Below are positions 26,835-36,882 of a stretch of DNA of 64,000 nt, one piece after another (within the stretch, counting starts at the first letter, position 1; every line of letters begins with the position of its first letter). The notes beneath the pieces are model-generated. The model was not told where the DNA came from, made no database searches, and saw nothing but the letters and a program-made list of their open reading frames with translations. The DNA is from an uncultured bacterium (GTDB taxonomy: Bacteria > Krumholzibacteriota > Krumholzibacteriia > LZORAL124-64-63): assembly GCA_963732385.1 (NCBI GenBank), contig CAVSZB010000007.1, positions 768,001-832,000 of the forward strand. The letters run 5' to 3'. Made by a program: the position numbers and the translations under genes.

Positions 26835-29800
26835 CTAGTACTCGAAGCGGTACTTCAGGTCGAGGTTGTAGGTCATGTCGCCCTGCTGCACATCCAGCCG
26901 ACGGCTGATTTCCGACTGGAGCAGGAGGTGGTCGGACATCTGGTACTCAATCAACAGATCGCGCTCCGCTTCCGAAAGGCCCTGGGCGTATTTCACGTAG
27001 AGATCCTGCCCCAGGTACTTGCCGACCCCGATCAGCCGGCGGGTCTGACCGCTGTCCTGGGCCCGGGCGCTTTCGATGTCGAAGGTGTCAAAAACCTTCA
27101 ACTCCGCGGCGATCTCCCGCTCCAGCAGGTTGAAACCGGCCGCGATGGAGGCGTCCTTCAGACCGCCGCCGGTGGGCGTCTCGGCGGCATGCGGCGAAAG
27201 TCCGAGCAGCAGCCGCTCGATGGCCGCGCGGTTGTAGCCGCTTTCGGACCGCAACTCGACCGACGGCGCCTCCAGCGACCCGTTCACCTGCGCGGTGATC
27301 CGCTCGAGCGCCCGGCTGCTGTAGGGGCCCTCGTACGGGAGCCGTACCGTGGTCTCGGCCAGCATGTCGACGGTGGGCACGACGCCGGTCGTGCGCGTGA
27401 AATCGAGCCGCCCCGTCAACACCCGGAAATCGTTGTTGAAGACCGGCAGGCGTCCGGCATCGATGTTCATGGCGCCGCTGACGTAGAGCCCGTCCAGATT
27501 GCGCACCACGTCCACGTCGCCGCTCAACGCCAGTTCCATGGCACGGTTGGAGATCAACGTCGTGCGCGGAGGACCGATCAGATGCAGGTCCGCCAGCCAG
27601 TCGGGCGCCACCGTGGCCAGGCGCGGATCGCTCACCGTCGGCTTTTCGGCGAAATCACCCGTGAACCGGGCCTCGATGATCTCGAGCCCCCCGGTGAACA
27701 TCGGCACCATCAGGCTGTCGGGGCCGACCTTGACTCCGGTCACATGCACGTCCCTGCCCCGCACGAGCGCGCGCAGATCGGGGATGGAAGCGACGAGGCA
27801 ACGGTCGGCATCGAGCCGAACATCGAACCCCTCGAGCAGCAGACCGTGGAAGCGGAGTTCCCCCTCGCCGGCGAACGTCCCCCGGGCCCCCTCGGACCCC
27901 CGGACTCCCGTGAGGGTGAGCAGATCGCCGGCCCAGATCCCGTCGGCCTCGACATTGCTGTAGACCTCGGCCAGCGCCTTCAGCACGCAGCGCCCTCCGC
28001 GCACGCGCGCCCAGCCGCTGAACAGCGGATGCGAAGCCGGCCCCTCCACGCGCATCGACATTCCGCCGCGTCCCCCCGACTCGGCGAAGGCGTTGGTGGC
28101 CTGCGTCAGCGGCGCCAGATCGGTGTCTTCGGGAATCTCGATCACCATCAGGAACGGCCCGTCGGGCGGCGAGACCGGCGTGGAGAGGAAGTCGGCCCGC
28201 AGGGGGATTTCGATCCGACCGCCGGCCCGCAGGGCGCCCTGCACCGCATCGAGTTCGCTGAGGGTGAGCCCCGAGGCGGTCATGCCGACCCGCCCGCGCA
28301 GCCGCTGCAGATGCAGCCAGTGCACATTGAACGGCTCGCTGAAAAGCTCCCCCTCCACCAGCGGGCTGCGCGGCGACCCGGTCAGCCGGAAATCGCCGCC
28401 GAACCGCCCCGCGATCCGCGCCAGCGCCGGCAGTTTGAACTGATCGACGAACGCCCAATCGGCGTCGGTCACATCGAGCGTGAGATCGAGGCTGGCGTCG
28501 GGCCAGAAGTCGGCGAGGCGCGTGGCGGCCAGGTTGGTCAGCGTGCCGCGGACGCCGGCCCGACCGTACTGCGTGCGCAGATCGAGCTGATCGATCGTCG
28601 CCGTATGGCGGGCGTAACGCGCCTCCACATGCAGTGAATCGATCCGGGCCAGACGAAACGTGCTGCCGGTGAGATCGGCAACGGCGGACAGCTCCGGCTC
28701 CGCGGGCCCCCCCGCCAGGGTCACATCGGCGGTGACATCCCCGTCGAGTTCCCCGCCCGCCTGCGGCAAGAACGGGTTGAGCAGTCGCAGGTCGAACCGG
28801 CGCAACTGGCACCCGCCGTGCAATTGGTCGGCATCGCGGTCGAATCCACCCGAAGCGCGCAGCGAACCGAGCGCCGAGGAGAGTCGGAAGTCGCCCAGCT
28901 GCGCGCCGCGGGCCGAGGCGACGAGCGCGGCCGGCAGCTCGAGCGCCCAGCGGGTCCCCTCGAGGTCTATTCCCAACTGGTCGACCGTGTAGACGTCGGC
29001 GCTGTCGGACAGCGCCGCGCGTCCGCGCAGCGTCACGACCGAGTCGCCGCGCACGGACCGGAACGAATCGAGCGCCGCCGCGGCGGGAGAGACGGAGCCG
29101 GTCGCCGTGAAATCGCCGAGCGGCACCCCGCCCAGGCTGAGGCCCTGGCCCCGCACGACCGCGGCCACCTGCGGCGCCCGCACGGCGTCATGGATGGTCA
29201 GCTCGGCGCGACAGGAATCGGCCCGCAGCGGCGCCACCGCCGCGGCACGCAGATCCACCGTCCCCGCGAAATCGTAGACCGGGTCGCGGCCCGTCACCTG
29301 GCCGCGCCCCTCGATACGACCGGCCAGGGGCGGCCAGCCCCACCCCGCGGGGAGTTGCGACAGGTCGTCGGATCGCGCCTCCAGATCCCCCACGAAGACA
29401 CCCGAAGTGTCGGCCGCGCCGGTGAGCACGGCACGCAGCGCCCGGTACCGCAACTCGATCCGGTCCAGGGTCGCCACGCCGCGCGCCGCGTGCACCGCGA
29501 CGAAACAGCTGTCGAACGGCAGATCGGCGATAAAGCCGCCGGCGAGCACGCCCCGCACCTCGGTTTCATCGACCGCGTCGCGGCGGTGGATCGCCAGCCG
29601 GCCGTGACCGCCGCTCGGCGGCAACGCCACGCCCGGAACCAGCTCTTGCGACACATCCACGTCCGCCACATCACCCTCGAGCCAGAATTCCACGCCGTGG
29701 GGATCGTGCACGTCGAACCGTCCTGCGCCAACGAACCTGGCGCCGTTGATCCGGCCCGACAGCCGCTCCCAGTCCAGGAAACCGCGCGTCAACAGCGCGA

Positions 29801-30692
29801 ACCCGCGCACCCCCTCCATCCGGTAGCCTTCGAGTTCGCCGTCGAAGGCGCCGGCGAAGAGGACGCTGTCGGCCCGCACCTGCACGTGGGCCGTGGCGTC
29901 GCCGCGGGCGCGGAAGCCGAGTTCGATGTCGATCAGGTTGCTGACGGCGTCGGGGGTGATATCCCGCGCGCTCACGGCGATTTCAAGCGCGCCATCGCGC
30001 CGCCGGCCACCGGAGCCATCCACGGAGCTGCCGTTGAGCAGCAGGTGGGCGTCGGTCAGGGTGAGATCGCCGTTCGCCAGTCGCGCATCGAGGCGCAGGC
30101 TGTCGATCCGGCTTTCGCGCGTCGCCCAGTCGGCGCGCCCGTAGCGCACTTCGAGCCGCGCGTCAGCGTCCACCGAGTACACACCCCGCAGGCGCACATC
30201 GCTCAGGCGTTCGCGCAGGCGACCGTCCGCACCCGAAACCTCCAGCCCGCCATCCAGCCGGAAAACGTCGACGCACAACCGCGGCGGAATCGGCAGTGGG
30301 CCGCGGCCAGGCGGCTTGCGCTGCCCGCGCGAGCCGGCGGTAGTGGCGTGCACCACCGCGCCGCGCGCCTCCACGCGTCTCAGCCGCGGGGAATCGGCCA
30401 GCAGTTCCTCCCACCGGTACTCGAGCACCAGCGTGTCGACCGTGGCGGCGATCGCCCCGCCGCTGCCGTCGACCAGCGAAAGCGAAACCTGATAAAGTTC
30501 CAGCCCCTTAAACGGATTGCCCCGGAAATCGCGCAGCCGCACCGTGCCCTCGCGGTCGCGGAACAGGTTGCGCGACACGAGACGGGCGGCAAGCGGCGCG
30601 ACCAGGCGCGGGTGGGTGACCAGAAAGGCCACCACGGCCAGGAAGAGCAGCCAGGCCAGCAGCAGGGTTCGTCGCGCGGTGCGTCGCCACAT
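26835..30692 (-). CDS. tamB: TamB (AsmA-like, DUF490) translocation and assembly module protein
   Basis: N-terminal TM anchor, long beta-rich body, C-terminal VGKYLGQDLYVKY...LKYRFEY. Confidence 0.85.
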   Translation of the reverse strand: MWRRTARRTLLLAWLLFLAVVAFLVTHPRLVAPLAARLVSRNLFRDREGTVRLRDFRGNPFKGLELYQVSLSLVDGSGGAIAATVDTLVLEYRWEELLADSPRLRRVEARGAVVHATTAGSRGQRKPPGRGPLPIPPRLCVDVFRLDGGLEVSGADGRLRERLSDVRLRGVYSVDADARLEVRYGRADWATRESRIDSLRLDARLANGDLTLTDAHLLLNGSSVDGSGGRRRDGALEIAVSARDITPDAVSNLIDIELGFRARGDATAHVQVRADSVLFAGAFDGELEGYRMEGVRGFALLTRGFLDWERLSGRINGARFVGAGRFDVHDPHGVEFWLEGDVADVDVSQELVPGVALPPSGGHGRLAIHRRDAVDETEVRGVLAGGFIADLPFDSCFVAVHAARGVATLDRIELRYRALRAVLTGAADTSGVFVGDLEARSDDLSQLPAGWGWPPLAGRIEGRGQVTGRDPVYDFAGTVDLRAAAVAPLRADSCRAELTIHDAVRAPQVAAVVRGQGLSLGGVPLGDFTATGSVSPAAAALDSFRSVRGDSVVTLRGRAALSDSADVYTVDQLGIDLEGTRWALELPAALVASARGAQLGDFRLSSALGSLRASGGFDRDADQLHGGCQLRRFDLRLLNPFLPQAGGELDGDVTADVTLAGGPAEPELSAVADLTGSTFRLARIDSLHVEARYARHTATIDQLDLRTQYGRAGVRGTLTNLAATRLADFWPDASLDLTLDVTDADWAFVDQFKLPALARIAGRFGGDFRLTGSPRSPLVEGELFSEPFNVHWLHLQRLRGRVGMTASGLTLSELDAVQGALRAGGRIEIPLRADFLSTPVSPPDGPFLMVIEIPEDTDLAPLTQATNAFAESGGRGGMSMRVEGPASHPLFSGWARVRGGRCVLKALAEVYSNVEADGIWAGDLLTLTGVRGSEGARGTFAGEGELRFHGLLLEGFDVRLDADRCLVASIPDLRALVRGRDVHVTGVKVGPDSLMVPMFTGGLEIIEARFTGDFAEKPTVSDPRLATVAPDWLADLHLIGPPRTTLISNRAMELALSGDVDVVRNLDGLYVSGAMNIDAGRLPVFNNDFRVLTGRLDFTRTTGVVPTVDMLAETTVRLPYEGPYSSRALERITAQVNGSLEAPSVELRSESGYNRAAIERLLLGLSPHAAETPTGGGLKDASIAAGFNLLEREIAAELKVFDTFDIESARAQDSGQTRRLIGVGKYLGQDLYVKYAQGLSEAERDLLIEYQMSDHLLLQSEISRRLDVQQGDMTYNLDLKYRFEY

Positions 30693-32810
30693 CTAGAAAG
30701 GATACCCCAGGGAAAAGTGAAAAAGCGCGCGGTCCTCGGCGAGCGTCTCCGACAGGCGCGCCCGCTTGAGCGGGAACCCGACGTCCACCCGGAACGGGCC
30801 GAACGGGGTGTCGAGCCGCAGTCCGGTCCCGACACTGTACCGGAAATCCCACAGTTTCGTCGCCGACGGGTCATCCGGCAGCCGGGGGTAAGCCCGCAGA
30901 CGGAACGCCCTCAACCGGAGGTCGTCCAGCCGCTGCCAGACGTTGCCGCCGTCGATGAACAGCACTCCCCCCAGCTTCCAGCGCGACAACACCGGCAGCG
31001 GGAACCGCCATTCGGCGTTGGCCAGCAGCAGGTAGTTCCCGCCCGCCGACGCGCCGTCTGGCACCGGCACATCGTTCTGCAGCTCGAGGAAGTCCCGGTT
31101 CGTGAGCTGCGGCCCGAGGCTCCCTTCCTGGTACCCGCGCACGGAAGCCCCGCCGCCGGCGAAGAACCGCTCCTGATACGGGACCCCCTCGTTGCCGAGA
31201 TCGGCCGACCGGCCATAGGGCCGCACGGCGCCAGCAGTCACCCGCAGCGCCAGCGAGCCACCGATCGGCGTGCCGGCATAGCCATGCCAGGAGGCCGACC
31301 CCTTCACGAAACTGTTGCTGCCCCCCAGCCAGTCGACCGCCACCGCACCCTCGGCCGTCACCAGCGCGCCGGAGGTCGGCCGGAAGATGTCGTTGCGTCG
31401 CTCGTGCGAGAGATTATAGATCACGGCCCGGGTGCGGGTCGGCCGGATGTTCAGGCTGCTGAACACCTCCCCCAGACTGTCGGGGGCGTCGGGGTGCAGC
31501 AGCGGCCGCACCTCTTCGGCCTTCAACGACAGCCCGTGGATGGTCCGGCGCCCGCCGCGGAACTGCGTTCCGAAGGAGAGGCCCCGGGTATCGAGATTCA
31601 GACCCGATTCGCCGCGGGTCTTGCGTTCAAGGTAGAGGTTGGTGTTCAGCCGCAGCCGGTCGCCGAACAGGTACGGATAGACGTGCAGCAAATCGAAGCG
31701 GTAGTTGAACTGCGGCGTGACCCTGGTGTCGGGATTGTTAAGGATCCGTTCGTAGCTGAGGTAGGGACGGGCCCGCAACTGCAAACGCTGCCCGGTCCCC
31801 CAGAGATTGTTGTGGCCCCACGCCGCAAGCACGCGCAGACGCTCCCGGCTGCCCACGCCCACGCCGAATTCGTAGAAAGCCGGCTTGCGCTCGACGACGT
31901 TGACGCTGAAATCCACCACGTTGGCGCCGCTGTCGGGCACCGCCGGCACGAGATTCACGTCGCGGAACAGCGCGGTGTCGAGCAGGCGGCGCTGCGACGC
32001 TTCGGCCAGATCCCAGCGGAACGGCCGGCCTTCGCGCAGGGTCACGCCGCGGGCGATCAGATCGGAGCGGGTGAGCCGGTTCCCCGTGATCGACATCTTC
32101 CCGACGACGTAGGCCGGCCCCGGTTCGATCCGGTAGGTCAGCACCGCCGAGCGGCGCGACGAATCGGCGGTGGCCGTCGTGACGAGTTGCGGTTCGATCC
32201 GCGCGCGCAGGAAGCCGAGGTCCCAGTAGCGGCTCCGCAGCAGATAGAGATCAGGACCGAGGTCGTTCAGATCGGCCGGGACCGGCCGCTCCTCGACGAA
32301 ACGCAGCCCCGCGCGCAGCCGGCTCTCTTCCAGGGGGCCGACGCCGTCGAACACCAGCCGTTCGAGGTAGGTGCGCGGCCCTTCGCGCACACCGATGTAG
32401 ACGACATCCCCGCGGCCGCGCCGGTCCCTTGCGATCGAATCGAGCCCGGCGGAGGCGGCGTGGAAACCCCGCTGCCGGTAGTAGCGCTGGATCACCCGTA
32501 ATTCGGCATCGAGCAGTTCCGGCTGGTAGCGGGCCATCCGCAGGGGATGCAACAGACTCGGCTCGCTGATCTTCAGGATCGACTTCAGTTCATCGGTGGA
32601 GAGGACGCGGTTGCCCGCGATCACGATCCGGTGCAGGGTGTGCTGCTCGAGGCCGAAGTCCAGTTCGTCGGCCGCCGCGGCGGGGTGCGCCGCCGTCGTC
32701 ACCAGTGCCACCAGCAGCGCGAGCACCGCCAGCGCGGCGCCCGGCGTCAGGCCGACCGCAGCGGTCGAGCGCCGACCGTTGGTTGACTCCCGGCAGATGA
32801 GGCTCGACAT
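30693..32810 (-). CDS. TamA/BamA-family outer membrane protein with POTRA domains
   Basis: POTRA motifs (IAGN, YYRQRGF, IEPGP, ITGN), NNLWGTG, FFAGGGASVRGY, DTPFGPFRVD, terminal GYPF. Start uncertain. Confidence 0.9.
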   Translation of the reverse strand: MSSLICRESTNGRRSTAAVGLTPGAALAVLALLVALVTTAAHPAAAADELDFGLEQHTLHRIVIAGNRVLSTDELKSILKISEPSLLHPLRMARYQPELLDAELRVIQRYYRQRGFHAASAGLDSIARDRRGRGDVVYIGVREGPRTYLERLVFDGVGPLEESRLRAGLRFVEERPVPADLNDLGPDLYLLRSRYWDLGFLRARIEPQLVTTATADSSRRSAVLTYRIEPGPAYVVGKMSITGNRLTRSDLIARGVTLREGRPFRWDLAEASQRRLLDTALFRDVNLVPAVPDSGANVVDFSVNVVERKPAFYEFGVGVGSRERLRVLAAWGHNNLWGTGQRLQLRARPYLSYERILNNPDTRVTPQFNYRFDLLHVYPYLFGDRLRLNTNLYLERKTRGESGLNLDTRGLSFGTQFRGGRRTIHGLSLKAEEVRPLLHPDAPDSLGEVFSSLNIRPTRTRAVIYNLSHERRNDIFRPTSGALVTAEGAVAVDWLGGSNSFVKGSASWHGYAGTPIGGSLALRVTAGAVRPYGRSADLGNEGVPYQERFFAGGGASVRGYQEGSLGPQLTNRDFLELQNDVPVPDGASAGGNYLLLANAEWRFPLPVLSRWKLGGVLFIDGGNVWQRLDDLRLRAFRLRAYPRLPDDPSATKLWDFRYSVGTGLRLDTPFGPFRVDVGFPLKRARLSETLAEDRALFHFSLGYPF

Positions 32811-32902
32811 TGTTTCCCTGTCCGCGGCCGTCCGGCCGCGACTCCGGTCGCCCCGCCCGCGGCGCCGGGGGAAGCGGCAGCTCACCGGGCGGAGGCCAGC
32901 GC

Positions 32903-33313
32903 ATGACGCCCTTGAAGCACCGCGTGCCGGTTCTGGTTCCGTTTCTTGCCGCCGTCTGCCTGGCGACCGGGCCGGGCTGCGCCCGCCGCAGTGAGACACT
33001 CCAACTCGCCGACCTGACCTCCACGGAGAAACTCTACGTGGAGCGCTTCGTCACCCTTGAGCGCGCCCGCGCCGTGGCGCTGGCCGATCCCGATCGCGGC
33101 GATGCGCTGCTCGATTCCCTCGGCCGCGCCTGGAGCGACAGCGCGCTCGAATGGACGCTGCACACCCTGCCCAAAGAGCCGCGCCGTCTGGCCGGCATGT
33201 ACGCTCTGCTCAGCCGCATCCTTATCGCCGAGAACGACTCCCTCGTGAAAGCGCCCCTGACGCGCCGCCTGCGAGCGCCACTGCCCGATCCGAAGCCGCT
33301 CAGCGCCCCGTGA
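32903..33313 (+). CDS. Small helical lipoprotein (possibly DUF4296-like)
   Basis: GGAGG RBS, signal peptide ending GPG-C; fills the gap between tamA and rseP. Confidence 0.6.
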   Translation: MTPLKHRVPVLVPFLAAVCLATGPGCARRSETLQLADLTSTEKLYVERFVTLERARAVALADPDRGDALLDSLGRAWSDSALEWTLHTLPKEPRRLAGMYALLSRILIAENDSLVKAPLTRRLRAPLPDPKPLSAP

Positions 33314-34703
33314 CCTTCAGCACATCCACGACGATCACGAAAGTCATGAACAACAACAGCAGGATCAATCCCACCTGGGTGGCGATCGCCTGCACGCGCT
33401 CGTTGACCCGCTGGCGTGTCACCAGTTCGTAAACGATGAACAGCACGTGGCCGCCGTCGAGCACGGGGATCGGCAGCAGATTCAGCAGGAACAGGTTCAC
33501 CGAGAAGAACGCGATGAACTGCATCAGATGGCCGAAACTCCAGCGCAGCATCTCGCCGGCCACCTGGCCGATCCGGATCGGTCCGCCGACCGCATCGAGT
33601 CCGAGGTGCGGCAGCCGCGCAATGCTCAGCACCGTTTCGCGGATCGTGCCCCAGGTCGCGTTGAAACCGATCCTCAGCGCCGGCCCGAGCCCGACGCGCC
33701 GGCGCTCATACAGGCGCTCGAAGTAGATTCGACCGATGGCGGTGCCCGGCTCCACCTCCGCCCGCTCCGGCACGACTTCCGCCTCCAACGACCTTCCGTC
33801 GCGCTCCCACCGCATGCGGACCGGCTGGTCCGGCTTGCGGTTGATCACCTGGGCGATGGCGCCGAATGAGGTGACCAGCGAATCGTCAACCGCCTCGATG
33901 CGGTCGCCGACCCGCAGGCCGGCCCGGTCGGCAGGCCCCCGGCGCTGCACCAGCCCGACAACGGTGTCCCAGGGATCGAGACCGATCGACCAGTAGCGGC
34001 CGTCCGCCTCGCGGCGCGGAGTCAGGGTCAGCTTCAGCACGCGACCCGCGCGCATCACCTCCACCGGCACCGGACGCGCCACCGCACTGCGCGCTCCGTC
34101 CTGCGGCACGAGACCGGTCAGCACATCGTCCCACAACGCGACCGGCCGGCCATCCACCCGCAGCACCTGGTCCCCCACGGCAAATCCGGCGGCCTCGGCC
34201 GGCGATCCGGCGGCCACCGCTCCCACGCGCGTGATCGGGATTTCCACCAGCCCCGACTGCAGGATGATTCCCGTATAGACCAGGAAGGCGAGCAGCAGGT
34301 TCGCCAGCGGTCCCGCAACCACGACGGCCAGCCGCTGCCAGGCCGGGCGGCGATTGAAGTGGCGATGTTCGGGGATGTGCGTCTCCCCGGCGGCCGCCTC
34401 GCGATTGCCCTCGACGGTGCCGACCGGATAATGCCGCTCCTGCCCCGTCCCGGTGTCCTGGATCTCCTCCATGACCCCTTCGCCGGCCATTTTCACATAG
34501 CCGCCGAACGGCACGATCGACAGCGCGTATTCCGTTTCGCCGAAACGCCGACTCAGCAGCTTCGGACCGAAGCCGAGGGAGAAAGTCTTGACGTAGATGC
34601 CTACGGCCTTGCAGACCAGGAAGTGTCCGAGTTCGTGCACGATGATCACGAGCCCGAGCGTGAAGACGAAGGCGAACAGGGTGATCGGCAGATTGCTGAA
34701 CAA
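33300..34703 (-). CDS. rseP: RIP metalloprotease RseP (two PDZ domains)
   Basis: HELGH, GGYVKMAG, AGPLAN, NLLPIPVLDGGH. Confidence 0.96.
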   Translation of the reverse strand: MFSNLPITLFAFVFTLGLVIIVHELGHFLVCKAVGIYVKTFSLGFGPKLLSRRFGETEYALSIVPFGGYVKMAGEGVMEEIQDTGTGQERHYPVGTVEGNREAAAGETHIPEHRHFNRRPAWQRLAVVVAGPLANLLLAFLVYTGIILQSGLVEIPITRVGAVAAGSPAEAAGFAVGDQVLRVDGRPVALWDDVLTGLVPQDGARSAVARPVPVEVMRAGRVLKLTLTPRREADGRYWSIGLDPWDTVVGLVQRRGPADRAGLRVGDRIEAVDDSLVTSFGAIAQVINRKPDQPVRMRWERDGRSLEAEVVPERAEVEPGTAIGRIYFERLYERRRVGLGPALRIGFNATWGTIRETVLSIARLPHLGLDAVGGPIRIGQVAGEMLRWSFGHLMQFIAFFSVNLFLLNLLPIPVLDGGHVLFIVYELVTRQRVNERVQAIATQVGLILLLLFMTFVIVVDVLKVTGR

Positions 34704-34727
34704 AAGGCCTCCTTGCCGGCACGGGCG

Positions 34728-35963
34728 TCAGGCGGCGCCGGCGGCGATCCGACGCGCCTGCTGATCGACGACGAGCGCCTCCTCCAGGCCCTCCACCGGC
34801 CCGCCGGGGATCGCCGCCAGAGTGCGCTCGATGACGGCGGCGATCTCCGCGAAACGAAGCCTGCCCGCCAGCAGGCCGGCCACGGCGATCTCGTTTGCCG
34901 CGTTCAGCACGATCGGCGCCCGCCCTCCCGCCTCGGCCGCCCGCCGCGCGAGGGCCAGGCAGGGAAAACGGACCAAATCGGGCGACGCGAAGCACAGCGT
35001 CCCGATCCGGACCAAATCTAGCCGCTCCGTGGCCAGCGGCCAATGCCTTTCTCCCGCCAGCGCGTAGAGCAGCGGCACGCGCATGTCCGGAACGCCGAGT
35101 TGCGCCATGACGGCCCCGTCCCGGAATGTAACGAGCGAATGCACCAGCGATCCGGGGTGCACGACCACGCCGATGTCGGCATACGGCACGCCGAACAGGT
35201 GATGCGCCTCGATCACCTCCAGCCCCTTGTTCATCATGGTGGCCGAATCGATCGTCACCTTGGGCCCCATGTTCCAGGTCGGATGGCGCAGGACATCCGC
35301 CAGAACCGCGTCCCGCAGCCGTTCCGCCGGCCAATCGTGGAACGGTCCGCCGGAAGCGGTCAGCGTGAGCGACTCGATTTCCGCCGCGGCGCGACCCGCG
35401 AGGCCCTGGGCAATCGCCGAATGCTCGGAATCGACCGGCAGCAGGCGGGCTCCGCTCGCCGCGGCCGCGGCGCGCACCAGCTCCCCCCCCACCACGAGCG
35501 ATTCCTTGTTGGCCAGGGCGACGCAGGTGCCGCGTCCCACGGCCGCAAGGGTCGGCGCAAGGCCGACGGCGCCGACGAGGGCGTTGACCACTACATCCGC
35601 CTCCGGCCACGCGGCCGCCTCGCACAGCCCTGCCGCCCCCGGCGACAACAGCCGCGCGCGCCAGCCGGGCCAGGCCGCGGCCCGGGCGCGCGCCGCCTCA
35701 TCGGCCAGGGCGATCCGCGGCGCCGCCGCGTCGGGCGCAGACTCGGCCACGCCGGCCAGCAGCTCCGCCAGTTCCTCGGCCCGCGTCGCGGCGGTCGCCG
35801 CCACGAGTTGCAGACGACCGGGAAACCGCCGCACCAAATCGATGGTCTGCCGTCCGATCGAGCCGGTGGCCCCCAGAAGCACCACCCGTACCGGCCCGCT
35901 CCGGACGGGCGCTTCGGCCCGGCAGCGGTACAGGGGGGGCAGCGAAGAGCGAGCGTCGCTCAT
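34728..35963 (-). CDS. dxr: 1-deoxy-D-xylulose-5-phosphate reductoisomerase
   Basis: LGATGSIG, LANKESLV, PVDSEHSA, HPTWNMGPKVTIDSATMMNKGLE. Confidence 0.97.
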   Translation of the reverse strand: MSDARSSLPPLYRCRAEAPVRSGPVRVVLLGATGSIGRQTIDLVRRFPGRLQLVAATAATRAEELAELLAGVAESAPDAAAPRIALADEAARARAAAWPGWRARLLSPGAAGLCEAAAWPEADVVVNALVGAVGLAPTLAAVGRGTCVALANKESLVVGGELVRAAAAASGARLLPVDSEHSAIAQGLAGRAAAEIESLTLTASGGPFHDWPAERLRDAVLADVLRHPTWNMGPKVTIDSATMMNKGLEVIEAHHLFGVPYADIGVVVHPGSLVHSLVTFRDGAVMAQLGVPDMRVPLLYALAGERHWPLATERLDLVRIGTLCFASPDLVRFPCLALARRAAEAGGRAPIVLNAANEIAVAGLLAGRLRFAEIAAVIERTLAAIPGGPVEGLEEALVVDQQARRIAAGAA

Positions 35964-35988
35964 GGCGCGCAGTACCTCCGGGCGCCCG

Positions 35989-36882
35989 TCAGAAGACGAA
36001 AGCGCGCAGGTAGTAGTAGGCGAACGGAGCGGTGAACAGCAGGGAGTCGAAGCGGTCGAGGATCCCGCCGTGGCCCGGGATCGTCAGGGCACCCCCGGAA
36101 TCCTTGATGCCGACGTCCCGTTTCAGCAGCGACTCCACGAGATCGCCGAGCAACCCGCACACGCCGAGCCCTGCCCCCAGCAGCGCCCCGGCGAAGGGGG
36201 TCAGGAACGACGCGAAGGTGAGCGCGCACGCGGTCCCCGCACCGGCGGCGATCAGGATTCCGCCCGCCGCCCCCTCCACGGTCTTGCCGGGACTCACCCG
36301 CGGCAGCAGCCGGCGCCGTCCCCACGCCACGCCGACCAGATAAGCGCCGGTATCGGCGGCCCAGGTCACCGCCAGCACCAGCACCACCGCCCGCACCCCC
36401 AGGCCGTCGGGCGCCCCGGTCAGCCGGGGCAACTCCCGCAGCAGGACCAGGTGACTGCCCAGCCAGCCAACGTAGAGAACACCCAGCACCGTAATGGCAA
36501 TGTGGTTCGTGGGATGGGCAATGTCCTTGCGAAACAGCTCGAAGATCATGATCAGCAACAGCGTCATGGTGAGCAGCAGCGAGATGGTGGCGCCGCCCCG
36601 ATAGACGTGCCAGCAGACCGCCAGCCCGCACAACATACCGATCGCCCGGTACGGCCGATAGCCCTTGGCCACCATCATCGCGTAGAACTCGCGCAGCCCG
36701 AGGAAGATGATCAGGCCGACCAGCAGGAGAAAATGCACGCCGCCCCGCCAGGTGATCGCGAGCAGGCAGGGGACGCCGATCAGACTGACCAGCGCCCGCG
36801 GCACGAAACCGGTGCCTCGATAGCGCCGCCAGCGTGAGGACGCACCACCGGGCGGAGCGACCGCCACCGGCGTCGCCTTCAC
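35989..36882 (-). CDS. cdsA: Phosphatidate cytidylyltransferase
   Basis: SPGKTVEG, GDLVESLLKRDVGIKDSG, PGHGGILDRFDS. Confidence 0.95.
   Translation of the reverse strand: MKATPVAVAPPGGASSRWRRYRGTGFVPRALVSLIGVPCLLAITWRGGVHFLLLVGLIIFLGLREFYAMMVAKGYRPYRAIGMLCGLAVCWHVYRGGATISLLLTMTLLLIMIFELFRKDIAHPTNHIAITVLGVLYVGWLGSHLVLLRELPRLTGAPDGLGVRAVVLVLAVTWAADTGAYLVGVAWGRRRLLPRVSPGKTVEGAAGGILIAAGAGTACALTFASFLTPFAGALLGAGLGVCGLLGDLVESLLKRDVGIKDSGGALTIPGHGGILDRFDSLLFTAPFAYYYLRAFVF

Noticed and set aside
23437..32501. Very long plus-strand ORFs (1133, 641 and 1227 aa)
   Set aside because: Antisense shadows of the Omp85/TamB genes, expected at high GC; no recognisable motifs.
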